Notes: generated by a model from the letters alone, not told the origin. A DNA stretch of 64,000 nucleotides from Candidatus Latescibacterota bacterium (GCA_965203355.1 OZ241889.1:3136001-3200000); one strand, 5' to 3'. Shown: positions 48,866 to 58,386, numbered from the stretch's first letter. Made by a program: numbers and translations.

Positions 48866-50599
48866 ATGCTTAACTACGTGCTGAGCGGCTTGCTCGCCTG
48901 CGGCCTACTCTCTGCCTGCGGTGGCGATGGCAACGACAAAGCGGCCGTCCCCCGCAACCGCTCGCTCATAATGAACTGCACACCGCCTAACACCTGCGCC
49001 GGCCAGATCCAAGACTACGATTCCTTCAACCCATTTCTCCCCGGCAGCATCTCCAGCACCGGCCACAACTTCCTCTACGAACCCCTCTACTTCTACAACC
49101 CCTATGGCAAAGACCCAAACCTCATACCCTGGATCGCAACCAGCCACGAGTACAACGACGACTTCACTGAAGTAACTATCCACCTCAGAGAAGGAGTAAA
49201 ATGGAGCGACGGCACTCCTTGGACCGCGGCCGATCTGGTATTCACAATCGACATGCTCAAAAAGAACGCCCCGGTCCTCAACGCCTCGGTGGATATGGAG
49301 CTATGGGTCGCCGAGGCCCGCGTCGTGGACGACTTGCAGGCGAAAATCGCGCTAAAATCGCCCAATCCGCGCTTCGTATTCGAGTATTTGACCAACCACT
49401 TCGGCAACGGCATCCCCATTGTCCCTAAGCATATCTGGGCGGGGCAAGACGCCAAAACCTTTGCCAACTTAGATCGCCAACGCGGCTGGCCCGTAGTCAG
49501 CGGCCCCTACCGGCTCGTCCTTTCCGAGCCTCAGCAACGGATCTGGGATCTGCGGCCCGACTGGTGGGCGGCTGAGACGGGTTTTCGCCGACTCCCCCGC
49601 GTACAACGCCTGATCTACCTGCCCTACATGGACGAAGACAAAAGGGTGCAATTACTGATCAGCAACCAAATGGACACCTGTCTGGACCTGCGCCCGTCCA
49701 ATATCAAGACCATTCTCGACCAAAATCCCGCTGTATCTACGTGGACTGGCCGCCACCCCCCCTACGGCTACCTCGATTGGTGGCCCATCGCCTTGGGCTT
49801 TAACAATCTCGAAGCTCCTTTTGCCGATGCGGAAATCCGCTGGGCCATCAACTACGCCATTGACCGGCAGCAACTCGTCGCAGTCGGGTGGCAGGGCGCG
49901 GGGACCTATTCGCTGCTGCCCTTCCCAGATTTCCCGGCCCTGCGCCGTTTCACCGGCCCGATCGCGGATCTGCTCGCTCGCTATCCGGTCGGCACGTACG
50001 ACCCGGCCAAGACTGCGGAGATCATGCAACGCCGAGGCTGGTCCCGCGAAAAAGGCATCTGGACCAAGGAAGGCGAGCCGTTCAAAATTACCATTGATCT
50101 GCATCCGAATCTCCACGACATCGCCCCCGTGCTGGTCGAACAGCTACGCCGCGCTGGCTTTGATGCCGGCTTCAGAATGACTTCCGATTATTATACGCGC
50201 ATGACCGTGGGCGACGCCCGGGCCTTCCTGATCGGCAATGCGGGCAGCGTACGCGACCCGTATTTCACCCTCAGACTCTATCACAGCCGCTACGTGCAAC
50301 CGACCGGCACCGCCGCTATCTACTTCTGGCGCTGGCAAAACGCCCACTTCGATCAGTTCCTCGATCGCATGGCTGGCACGGCCCCGGACGATCCGCAACT
50401 GCTCGAACACTTTCGGCAAGCCATGGAAATCTGGCTGCGCGAACTGCCCTCCATTCCACTGCTCCAGTGGTACCACAGAATCCCCCACAACGAAACCTAC
50501 TGGCAGAACTGGCCGACCGCTGAGACGCCCTATATCAACAGTGCCTACTGGGCGCGCACTTGGCTACTGGTTCTCCTCGAACTCGAACCGGTGCAATAA
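48866..50599 (+). CDS. ABC transporter substrate-binding lipoprotein, family 5 (peptide/oligosaccharide)
   Basis: LSAC lipobox; YEPL, PWIA.S, LREGVKWSDGTPWTAADLVFT, GPY and IRWAINYAIDR motifs. Confidence 0.92.
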   Translation: MLNYVLSGLLACGLLSACGGDGNDKAAVPRNRSLIMNCTPPNTCAGQIQDYDSFNPFLPGSISSTGHNFLYEPLYFYNPYGKDPNLIPWIATSHEYNDDFTEVTIHLREGVKWSDGTPWTAADLVFTIDMLKKNAPVLNASVDMELWVAEARVVDDLQAKIALKSPNPRFVFEYLTNHFGNGIPIVPKHIWAGQDAKTFANLDRQRGWPVVSGPYRLVLSEPQQRIWDLRPDWWAAETGFRRLPRVQRLIYLPYMDEDKRVQLLISNQMDTCLDLRPSNIKTILDQNPAVSTWTGRHPPYGYLDWWPIALGFNNLEAPFADAEIRWAINYAIDRQQLVAVGWQGAGTYSLLPFPDFPALRRFTGPIADLLARYPVGTYDPAKTAEIMQRRGWSREKGIWTKEGEPFKITIDLHPNLHDIAPVLVEQLRRAGFDAGFRMTSDYYTRMTVGDARAFLIGNAGSVRDPYFTLRLYHSRYVQPTGTAAIYFWRWQNAHFDQFLDRMAGTAPDDPQLLEHFRQAMEIWLRELPSIPLLQWYHRIPHNETYWQNWPTAETPYINSAYWARTWLLVLLELEPVQ

Positions 50600-50651
50600 A
50601 TTGCAAACCTCGCCCGGCACCCGCACCCTCCTAAACTGTGGAGAAGTTATA

Positions 50652-52331
50652 GTGCTAATCACCGTCCTTTTGCTCCTCTTGGGATGCGCGGAAAACCATT
50701 CTGTCGCAGCGCGGATCGCCGATCGCACCGTCTCGCTCGAGCAGGTGGAGCGGGTCTGGGACAAGCTGCCGCCGGAGCAAAAACAATCAAAGCAAGCGGT
50801 CCTAGAAACGCTTATCAACCGCGAATTGCTGTTCGTAGAAGCCAAGCATAGGAACCTAGATGAAAGCGCGCAGGTCATAGCCAACTTAGAGCGCGTCCGC
50901 CAACAACGAGCCGTAGAACGCCTCATTGAAAGGGAGGTCAAAAGCCATATAGCGATCTCGGACGAAGAAATCAGGACCTATTACGCAAACAGCGATCTGC
51001 GCACCAAGCGCGAGGTGCGCGGGCGGCATATCATGGTAAAAACAGCGGCCGAAGCGCAAACGCTCTACCAAGCACTCCGAGACGGCGAAAACTTCGCCGA
51101 ACTGGCCCGTCGTTTCTCCCTCGACCAACAGACCGCTGATAAAGGAGGCGACCTAGGCTATTGGGACGAGTCTTTGATGGTCGGCCCCGTCAGCAAGGTG
51201 CTCTTCTCCCTGCCGCTCGGCGAGCTATCTGAGCCTTTCCAAGGCCGCGAGGGCTACTTCCACATCGTGCGCGTGGAAGACGAGCGCCCGCTGCCCTATG
51301 CGTCCTTAAAAAAGAGGATCAAAGATCGGCTCTACGCCGATCGCCTGGCCGGGCGCACGGCGGCGTTGCGCGCGAACCTCAGAAAACAGTTCAATTTGCG
51401 GCTAGTTGAAGCAACCTCGTTGCAACTGGTCAAGCTGGGCAAAACCGCCTCGCACGGCATACCTGAGTTCGACCGGGACGCACCATTGGCAAGGCCGCTA
51501 CTGCGCTACCAAGGAGGCCAGGTTTCACTCGAGCAGTACCGACAATGGCTTGTAGCGACTTCACCACAACGGCGTCCCGTAACCGTTGACACAGCGAGCA
51601 TCGCTCGGTACGCCAGCCGCACGGCCGTAGATTCCGTCCTGTTGCCGCTAGCCGCTCAACAGGCCGGGCTAGCCGACGACGACGAGATGCAGCGCTATCT
51701 GGAAAAGCACCGAATGGTGCTAATGATCGAAGAATTGCGCCGCCTAGCAGCAGAAGCACCCATTGTCAACGAAACGGCTATGCGGGCCTATTACGAGGAG
51801 CATCTATCTTGGTTTACCGAGCCCGATCTGCTCATCTACGAGGCCATCTTGCTCCACCGCGAAGCAGATGCACTCGACGTGGCCGAAAAAGTGCGCCAAG
51901 GAGCCGACATGTGGACTTTGGCCCAAGGTTATCCGCGCTTTCACGACGCTTGGTTCCACTACAACATTTACCACATCCACCGCGAGCAAGACGAGCAACA
52001 CGCCCACACCCCGCACACCATGTCGGCCGTGTTGGCAGCCGTCCGCAAAACGCCGGTGGGACAAGTCGGCGGGCCTTTCTTGGTGCATTTCCAGCCGCGC
52101 GAAAAAATCTGGCCGGGATACATCGCGTTTCGCACGCTGGAGCAACGCCCGGCCCGATTGCTGCCTTTTGCCCATCCCGCGGTTCAGCAAACCTTAAAAA
52201 AGATGGTGCGATCGGCCCATGGTCAGCGCATTGAGGAACGCTTTGAAGCTTTTCTGGCCCAACTGCGAAAAACGTACGCCGATCAAATTGAAATATACCC
52301 CGAGCGTCTCGCAGCCAAACCAGCCTTATAA
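50652..52331 (+). CDS. PpiC-type peptidyl-prolyl isomerase lipoprotein (PrsA/SurA-like)
   Basis: GTG start after GGAG with LLGC lipobox; RHIMV, FAELARRFS.D, KGGDLG and FHIV motifs; second degenerate parvulin domain. Confidence 0.85.
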   Translation: MLITVLLLLLGCAENHSVAARIADRTVSLEQVERVWDKLPPEQKQSKQAVLETLINRELLFVEAKHRNLDESAQVIANLERVRQQRAVERLIEREVKSHIAISDEEIRTYYANSDLRTKREVRGRHIMVKTAAEAQTLYQALRDGENFAELARRFSLDQQTADKGGDLGYWDESLMVGPVSKVLFSLPLGELSEPFQGREGYFHIVRVEDERPLPYASLKKRIKDRLYADRLAGRTAALRANLRKQFNLRLVEATSLQLVKLGKTASHGIPEFDRDAPLARPLLRYQGGQVSLEQYRQWLVATSPQRRPVTVDTASIARYASRTAVDSVLLPLAAQQAGLADDDEMQRYLEKHRMVLMIEELRRLAAEAPIVNETAMRAYYEEHLSWFTEPDLLIYEAILLHREADALDVAEKVRQGADMWTLAQGYPRFHDAWFHYNIYHIHREQDEQHAHTPHTMSAVLAAVRKTPVGQVGGPFLVHFQPREKIWPGYIAFRTLEQRPARLLPFAHPAVQQTLKKMVRSAHGQRIEERFEAFLAQLRKTYADQIEIYPERLAAKPAL

Positions 52332-52382
52332 AACTCCATTGACGCGATATATCGCGCCTACCAATCAACAGGAAAACACGCT

Positions 52383-53726
52383 ATGGCTCTGACCCCGTGG
52401 ATACGCATCGGCCAGCCCTTAGAGGCGGTCATGTCCGACTACGAACGCATTTTCGCCGCCTGGGACCAAGGCGGCATCCGCGGCCTTGTCTTTGGCCGCC
52501 TGCTGTTTGCCGACGCGCAAGGCCAGAGTACCATCCCCGCATTCAAGGGCAATCCCGCTCCCTACCAAAAGCGCGGCCTCAAAGCCCAACGGCGCGACGT
52601 GCCCCTGCAACCCGACAAGGAAAAGCGCCTACACGACATGCTGGCCAGCGCCAAAAGGCGCGGTTGGACCGTGATGATATTCTCTCCGGCCTCTGGCACC
52701 ATGGCCGCCGAGGGCTTGCCGCTGGCAGAAGACCCCTACGGCACCCAGCTACACGCCGCGTCTTGGGAGGACGTCTTTGCCGCGTTCCCAGAAGCCGACG
52801 GCGGCATTGTCGATGGCTGGACCGAGTCGCCCTACGAGCTCGCGTATCACCACGGCAACGCGGTTTTCCACCCGCTCAACGACGGCCAGCGCCGAGCAGC
52901 AACGGCTAGGGGTTACGACGCTGAGCGTTTGGATCGGGGCCGCCAGCATATGCACCAGCGCTTCCAGCGCTTCACCCCTGCCGAAGTGGACTACTATGGC
53001 GACTACGGCGTACTATCGGAGATGAACCTCTTCGACATCAACGAAGACGCGCTCTACTGGCTGCGCTGGCGACGCGAAGACGGCATTCGCCAAGGCCGAG
53101 CCTTTCGCCAAGCCATCGACGAATTGCCGCGCCAACTGCTCTTGGGCAACGGCCCGCGCTCGGCCGCGTTTTCCGGCATGACCGCGCTCGACTTCCACGC
53201 TTGGGGACAAATCGTGGATTTGCTGCTGGTCAAGCATTATTTCTGGCATCGCGGCTTTGACGGGCTGTACGGCACGGTCGCCCGCTGGGTGCAACAGATT
53301 CAGCAGTGGAATCCGGTGTTGAGCGAGGCCCAGTGCTGGACGGTCCTGCGCGCCTGGCTCGGCATCCGCCTGCCCGAGGTGGCGTGTCTAGCCGACATGG
53401 AATTGGGATTTCCGGCGGCGTTTTTCGACGAAGTGGTGCAAGAAGAGACGCGCCGCGCCATCGCCGCGGTCGGCGACCCGCAAAAGATCCTGCCTTGGGT
53501 CGATACCGGGCGCATGCCTCACGGCGGCGACCCCATGACTTCCGGCGATCTCTACCGCATCCTCCAAGCCTCGGAAGCGGCCGGACTCCAGCGCTTCCTC
53601 TTCCACAATCACGCCCATCTGACCGCGGCCGAATGGGCGGTCATCTCGCGGCTGTGCGGCACGGCGTGGGACGAAGATCCCGACGGCTACTGGCCGCCGG
53701 CCACGCCCAAACCTTCGACGTTTTAA
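52383..53726 (+). CDS. hypothetical protein (possibly TIM-barrel enzyme)
   Basis: 447-aa ORF with host-like codon usage and AGGA RBS; no motif recognised. Confidence 0.7.
   Translation: MALTPWIRIGQPLEAVMSDYERIFAAWDQGGIRGLVFGRLLFADAQGQSTIPAFKGNPAPYQKRGLKAQRRDVPLQPDKEKRLHDMLASAKRRGWTVMIFSPASGTMAAEGLPLAEDPYGTQLHAASWEDVFAAFPEADGGIVDGWTESPYELAYHHGNAVFHPLNDGQRRAATARGYDAERLDRGRQHMHQRFQRFTPAEVDYYGDYGVLSEMNLFDINEDALYWLRWRREDGIRQGRAFRQAIDELPRQLLLGNGPRSAAFSGMTALDFHAWGQIVDLLLVKHYFWHRGFDGLYGTVARWVQQIQQWNPVLSEAQCWTVLRAWLGIRLPEVACLADMELGFPAAFFDEVVQEETRRAIAAVGDPQKILPWVDTGRMPHGGDPMTSGDLYRILQASEAAGLQRFLFHNHAHLTAAEWAVISRLCGTAWDEDPDGYWPPATPKPSTF
53598..53726 (+). repeat. 129-bp direct repeat copy 1 (3' end of the 447-aa gene)
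   Basis: Ungapped match to 55923-56051. Confidence 0.9.
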
Positions 53727-53964
53727 AGCTCCTTCAAGACCTCCTGCGAGCGCACCTCATTGGCCACTAGTGAATGTCCATCCCATGAGGGCCATCGCCG
53801 CCCGGACGAGTCGGACTCGATCCGTCGCTAGCTAGTCGGGAATAGGTTGACAGATTATCTAACAGTGCCTTATTAGACGTATATCGCTAAGGAACTCCAA
53901 AGAGGCGGGATGTGGTATTGTAGAGCTCGTCTTAATGGGCAAGCACTGAGGCCAAGGTAACGGA

Positions 53965-54639
53965 ATGAAAGCGTCATTTGCTGGGATGGAAGTCGGATAT
54001 CGGGCCGACTTCGCCGTCCCGTTGTTCGATGTGATACCCCAAGCACCAGAACTTCAAGCACGCATTTATACAGGCGTACGGGGTCTCTATCCCTACGCAT
54101 TAAACATAGACGATATACATGTTGTGACAAGTGGAATGCAATCGGACACCGGGCTACAGATCAAGATGTTTGGTGGTAAAGCATCGATCAATCTGACACC
54201 GGTGCGGTTGGCCATAGACTTTTCCAACTTGAACGCGAACGATGTCGAGATTTGCAAGAAATGTATCGACCTGATCACTGTGGCTCTGAACGAGACATGC
54301 GCTGCTGTGGACGTTGTCGATGAGACGATCAGCATCTTTCTCAAATTGAGTGGAGAAGGCGATGCCGCCGGACACCTTGGAAGAATTTCCGCCGCGAATG
54401 TCCGCGTAGATCCGTTTCAGTTTGGAGCAACAGAGGAGCACCCTGTCGTCACCATCGCTCTCGGCAATCCGACAGATGGCTGGAGATCGTCGACCGAAAT
54501 CTCTGCTGACCAAGATGAATTTACGATATCCTGCCAAAGCCATTATGGTAGTAGCCAAAAATCGGTCAGTGATCGCATTGATGCACAATATCGCCTGATA
54601 GGTGGTATCCTGTCGCGGATTCAGGTGGAACTAACATGA
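53965..54639 (+). CDS. hypothetical protein, first gene of the lower-GC islet
   Basis: 224-aa ORF with an ATGA overlap with the next gene. Confidence 0.65.
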   Translation: MKASFAGMEVGYRADFAVPLFDVIPQAPELQARIYTGVRGLYPYALNIDDIHVVTSGMQSDTGLQIKMFGGKASINLTPVRLAIDFSNLNANDVEICKKCIDLITVALNETCAAVDVVDETISIFLKLSGEGDAAGHLGRISAANVRVDPFQFGATEEHPVVTIALGNPTDGWRSSTEISADQDEFTISCQSHYGSSQKSVSDRIDAQYRLIGGILSRIQVELT

Positions 54640-55259
54640 CGACTGCAACAGAAGTGTTGGGACCGGCTCTTGGAGAAGGTCTTTTGATGCCGAAGTCCAG
54701 CTACGACAGGCCATCCGAAGTCGGTTTCGACAATTCTCAAGACTTACATGAAATCTATCTTTATCAGATGAAGCCGAGACCTGTCCTTTCTCCATTCGCC
54801 GGCGGTCCGTCTACGTATGAGTTGCATTTAGGGCTTACCGCAGGTCACTCTTCAGATGTCGCTCCTGATATTGCGAGTTGGAAATCGATTATCTATGCGC
54901 CGAATCGGATCAGCGGACCGATTCAGTTTGTCTTGAAATTACTTGATAGTTGGCGCTTGAACAGAGACGATGCGGTCTTCCTATTGGGATTCGATCAGGA
55001 GAACAACGGTTTTGTGCAAGCTGTTTTGACAGGAGCCGCCGACCTGCACGGCCGAGACGCTCGCGATCGGATTGCCCATCTTTTCCACATTAGGCAGACG
55101 CTGTCATCACTCTTTCGCGATCTGGATGTCGAAAACGACTGGCTGCGCGAACCGCACACCTTGCTGGATGACCAAGAGCCGTTGAAGCTGCTATTGGGCG
55201 GCTCCATGGAAGACCTTCTTTTGGTGAAAGAGTACGTGGATGCTGCTGCAGGACGATGA
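54636..55259 (+). CDS. Xre/MbcA/ParS-type antitoxin
   Basis: C-terminal L..LF...WLREPH..L....PL.LLL.G....L..V..Y pattern. Confidence 0.8.
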   Translation: MTTATEVLGPALGEGLLMPKSSYDRPSEVGFDNSQDLHEIYLYQMKPRPVLSPFAGGPSTYELHLGLTAGHSSDVAPDIASWKSIIYAPNRISGPIQFVLKLLDSWRLNRDDAVFLLGFDQENNGFVQAVLTGAADLHGRDARDRIAHLFHIRQTLSSLFRDLDVENDWLREPHTLLDDQEPLKLLLGGSMEDLLLVKEYVDAAAGR

Positions 55260-55947
55260 CGTGCAGAAATCCCAACAATCGGTTGACAACCTGCTTGACG
55301 AGATTCCTACTGTACGCAGCCATTGGCGAATATATCGCTTGGCCACCTTGCCTCGGAATGACCAATTCCTTGCAGAGTTGAAACTAGACTCATCTAGCGA
55401 ACAGGAATTGAGAGCACTACTCGTAGCTGCTGGCTACGAAACTTCTCCCGAAGAACTTTGTGATGCCCCATTTCGCCCGAAACGCCGTCTGAAAAGGAAG
55501 ACGAGGTATTCGGATGGCTCCTATCCTGTCTTTTACAGTTCCCTTGATCCCAAAACAGCCGAGGCGGAAGTCGCGCATTGGTTCAGAAAGGGTTTTGGAG
55601 GTAGTCCCCAAGGTCAACGCAGTGCCTACTATCAGCGTTTTACCTGTTTGTTTCAAGGCGGAGAAAAGGACCTCCGAGGCAAGCAGAGCGAGTGGCCGGA
55701 CCTAGTGCATGATAGTGATTACACGTTCTGTAATCGGATTGGCACGGAAGCAGTCCGGTTGGAATTGGACGGTTTAGTCGTTCCTTCTGCACGCCAGGAG
55801 AATGGTTCCAACCTACCAGTTTTCAAGCGGCCTGCAATCCGTGCCCCGGAGTCTCAGGACGTGGTAAAGATTACGCTCGATCCTCGGACTGGTGAGATAG
55901 ATATAGCAAGTGTATCGGCAAACTCTTCCACAACCACATCCACCTGA
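55240..55947 (+). CDS. RES domain toxin
   Basis: TRYSDG.YPVFY.S....TAEAE, DLR, DY and DGLVVPSAR...G.N motifs. The start may be GTG 55261. Confidence 0.85.
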   Translation: MLLQDDDVQKSQQSVDNLLDEIPTVRSHWRIYRLATLPRNDQFLAELKLDSSSEQELRALLVAAGYETSPEELCDAPFRPKRRLKRKTRYSDGSYPVFYSSLDPKTAEAEVAHWFRKGFGGSPQGQRSAYYQRFTCLFQGGEKDLRGKQSEWPDLVHDSDYTFCNRIGTEAVRLELDGLVVPSARQENGSNLPVFKRPAIRAPESQDVVKITLDPRTGEIDIASVSANSSTTTST

Positions 55948-56051
55948 CCTCGGACGAATGGGCGGTCATCTCGCGGATGTGTGGCACGGCGTGGGACTAA
56001 GCTTCCGACGGCTACTGGCCCCCGGCAACGCCTAAATCCGGGACGTTCTAA
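55923..56051 (+). repeat. 129-bp direct repeat copy 2 (degenerate gene end with internal stop)
   Basis: Reads LFHNHIHLTSDEWAVISRMCGTAWD*ASDGYWPPATPKSGTF* versus LFHNHAHLTAAEWAVISRLCGTAWDEDPDGYWPPATPKPSTF*. Confidence 0.9.
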
Positions 56052-56083
56052 GTGCCCCTATAGATCGATCAAACTGCCTTCAC

Positions 56084-56805
56084 TTGAGGTTAATAATGAG
56101 CAGAACAGCCTTTACCGAATACAAAGACGCTCGTATTCAGCAAACAACTCAGAATGACGCACGCCGTATCCGAACTAGGGTACAGGCCGCTCAGAACTCG
56201 GCTCGCGCTGGCGTCCAGTGGCGATGGCCCTTTGAGCTTATACAGAACGCTCATGACGCTGGACCACGTAACGGCAACGACCAATTCAGGGTAAAGTTCG
56301 TCTTGCAGGACAAAAGGCTAAAAGTATCGCACACGGGAAAGTCCTTCACTGCTCAGGAATTGGCTGCGCTACTATTTGGAGGTTCCAGTAAGGAATTTGA
56401 CAGCGAAGAAACTACAGGACGTTTCGGTACTGGGTTCCTAGTGACTCATGCGCTATCGACACGCGTGGACGTCGCCGGTGTACTAACAACGCAAGAAGGT
56501 TGTGAATCTTTTCACATCGAACTCACTCGGGATGGTGACGAGGATTCGATTAAGGACAACATCGATCTGGCCAACAAAGCACTAGGGGAAGGTGGGAGCC
56601 GTCAGAAATCGCACCGTTCGCTAAAATTGTCACTGACATGGGTACAGATGTAATTGACGTTTTTACCGAAGTAGAAGGGTTATCGTCACCCGATAAATCA
56701 GTACGTTTGCGTAATGAACAAATGCTTCGTTACGGAGTGTCCCTAGATCTATGGCAAAATGGGATTTCAATTGACGAGTGGGTACAGACCTTGAAGGCTG
56801 ATTAG
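56084..56805 (+). pseudogene. sacsin-like GHKL ATPase gene with probable large internal deletion
   Basis: N-terminal WPFELIQNAHDA, SSK and GRFGTGFLVTH motifs. Near 56590 a second frame continues for ~70 codons (WEPSEIAPF...GISIDEWVQTLKAD*). Confidence 0.7.
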
Positions 56806-56920
56806 TATCTCGTAGTCGCACAGAAGACACCGCCGTATCGGGGACATCGGGGACACCAAGGCTCGTATTATAAGAGAATTTTGAAAAGGCATCCTATATA
56901 TCAATACGCAGGATCGAACC

Positions 56921-58177
56921 ATGGCCAAAAAACGCGGTAAACAACGTCCCATCCGCGTCGGCGTAGTCGGCGTTGGGCGCGGCCGCTCCTTTATGCAGGC
57001 GGCGGCGACCGGCATGGAACTGGTCGCCATTTGCGACATTTGGGAAGAGCGCCTCAGGGCCGAAGGCAAGGCACTCAACGTCCCGACATTCGTCGATTAC
57101 GACGAATTCCTCGGTTGCAACATGGATGCGGTCGTGCTGGCCAACTACTTCCACCAGCACGCGCCCTTTGCCATCAAAGCACTCAAAGCCGACAAACACG
57201 TAATGAGCGAAACCGCGGCCTGTCACACCTTAGGCGAAGGCGTGGCATTGGCGCGAGCAGTCGAAAAAAGCGGCAAAACCTACCTGTTCGCCGAGAACTA
57301 CCCCTACATGGTCTTCAACCAAGAAATGAAGCGGCTCTACCAACAGGGCCGCGTCGGCGAGTTCAAATACGGCGAGGGCGAGTACGTCCATCCCGACCCA
57401 CCCCAAGTGAAACTGGCGCGTAGTTGCGGGGGCGACCACTGGCGCAACTGGATCCCGGCCACGTACTACTGCACCCACTCCATCGCCCCGGTCGTGTACA
57501 TCACCGACACTCGGCCCACCAAAGTAAACGGCTTTGTCATCTCCTTTGACTTCGCTGACCCCACCCAAACGCGGCACATGAACCGCAGCGACACCGCCGC
57601 CGTGATCATCTGCCGGATGGATAACGACGCGGTGATGAAGTCGCTGCACGGCGCCCTGCGCGGCCACGGCAACTACGTCCGCATCCACGGCAATAAAGGG
57701 GTGATGGAAAACTGCCGCCACGGCGACAAACAGCGGCTGCGCGTGTGGTACGAGCCGTGGGAAAAGCGCAAGAGCGATCCGGTCGAAACGGTGTACAAGC
57801 CCGACTTCCCCGTACACCATGCCCAAGCCACGCGCACCGGCCACGGCGGCGGCGACTTTTTTACCAGCTATCACTTTGCCGCAGCTATCCGCACCGGCGA
57901 GCCACCCTATCTCGACGTGTATCGCGGCATCGACATGAGCATCGCCGGGATCCAAGCCTGGCGTTCGGCACTGAACGACTCAGCACCGATGGACGTGCCC
58001 GACTTCCGCCGCGAATCAGTGCGTAAAAAATACGCCAGCGACGACTGGTCGCCCGACCCCGAGCGCAAAAAAAAGGGACAGCCGCCAAGCAGTGTTTTGG
58101 GTGCTATCGAACCGGACGCCGAGGCGAAAAAGCTGGCGCGAACAGTCTGGACAGCACAAGGTTATCTCGGCGATTGA
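56921..58177 (+). CDS. Gfo/Idh/MocA family oxidoreductase
   Basis: IRVGVVGVGRG, HVMSE, AENY, EGEYVH, YCTHS and GHGGGD motifs. Confidence 0.9.
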   Translation: MAKKRGKQRPIRVGVVGVGRGRSFMQAAATGMELVAICDIWEERLRAEGKALNVPTFVDYDEFLGCNMDAVVLANYFHQHAPFAIKALKADKHVMSETAACHTLGEGVALARAVEKSGKTYLFAENYPYMVFNQEMKRLYQQGRVGEFKYGEGEYVHPDPPQVKLARSCGGDHWRNWIPATYYCTHSIAPVVYITDTRPTKVNGFVISFDFADPTQTRHMNRSDTAAVIICRMDNDAVMKSLHGALRGHGNYVRIHGNKGVMENCRHGDKQRLRVWYEPWEKRKSDPVETVYKPDFPVHHAQATRTGHGGGDFFTSYHFAAAIRTGEPPYLDVYRGIDMSIAGIQAWRSALNDSAPMDVPDFRRESVRKKYASDDWSPDPERKKKGQPPSSVLGAIEPDAEAKKLARTVWTAQGYLGD

Positions 58178-58200
58178 TTCCCGACAACGCACGCTTGGAA

Positions 58201-58229
58201 TTGACGGCAAGATAGGGCGCCGTTATATT
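58201..58229 (+). promoter_or_regulatory. sigma70 promoter of the tyrS leader
   Basis: TTGACG-N17-TATATT. Confidence 0.7.
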
Positions 58230-58245
58230 GTTGCACGGAGAATAA

Positions 58246-58308
58246 ATGATGCAGGCTCTACGCACGGATCGCCACTATTACCATACCCCGATTCATAGGC
58301 AGGGGTAG
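58246..58308 (+). CDS. putative tyrS leader peptide (MMQALRTDRHYYHTPIHRQG)
   Basis: GGAG RBS and tandem Tyr codons TAT TAC at 58276-58281; lies between the promoter and the terminator. Confidence 0.7.
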   Translation: MMQALRTDRHYYHTPIHRQG

Positions 58309-58339
58309 TGCGTTCGCTTTATCGTCTCAACCGATTTAC

Positions 58340-58367
58340 AAGCCCCTGATTAACAGGGGCTTTTTTT
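58340..58367 (+). terminator. attenuator terminator upstream of tyrS
   Basis: AAGCCCCTG-attaa-CAGGGGC followed by T7, 19 bp before the tyrS ATG. Confidence 0.85.
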
Positions 58368-58386
58368 ATGCCCACAAGGAAATGCG

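Noticed and set aside
50238-50651. Long N-terminal extension of the PPIase ORF
   Set aside because: Overlaps the SBP gene; the RBS and lipoprotein signal point to GTG 50652.
58230-58386. T-box riboswitch for tyrS
   Set aside because: No GGTGGxACC T-box sequence and the leader is short; the leader-peptide model fits better.
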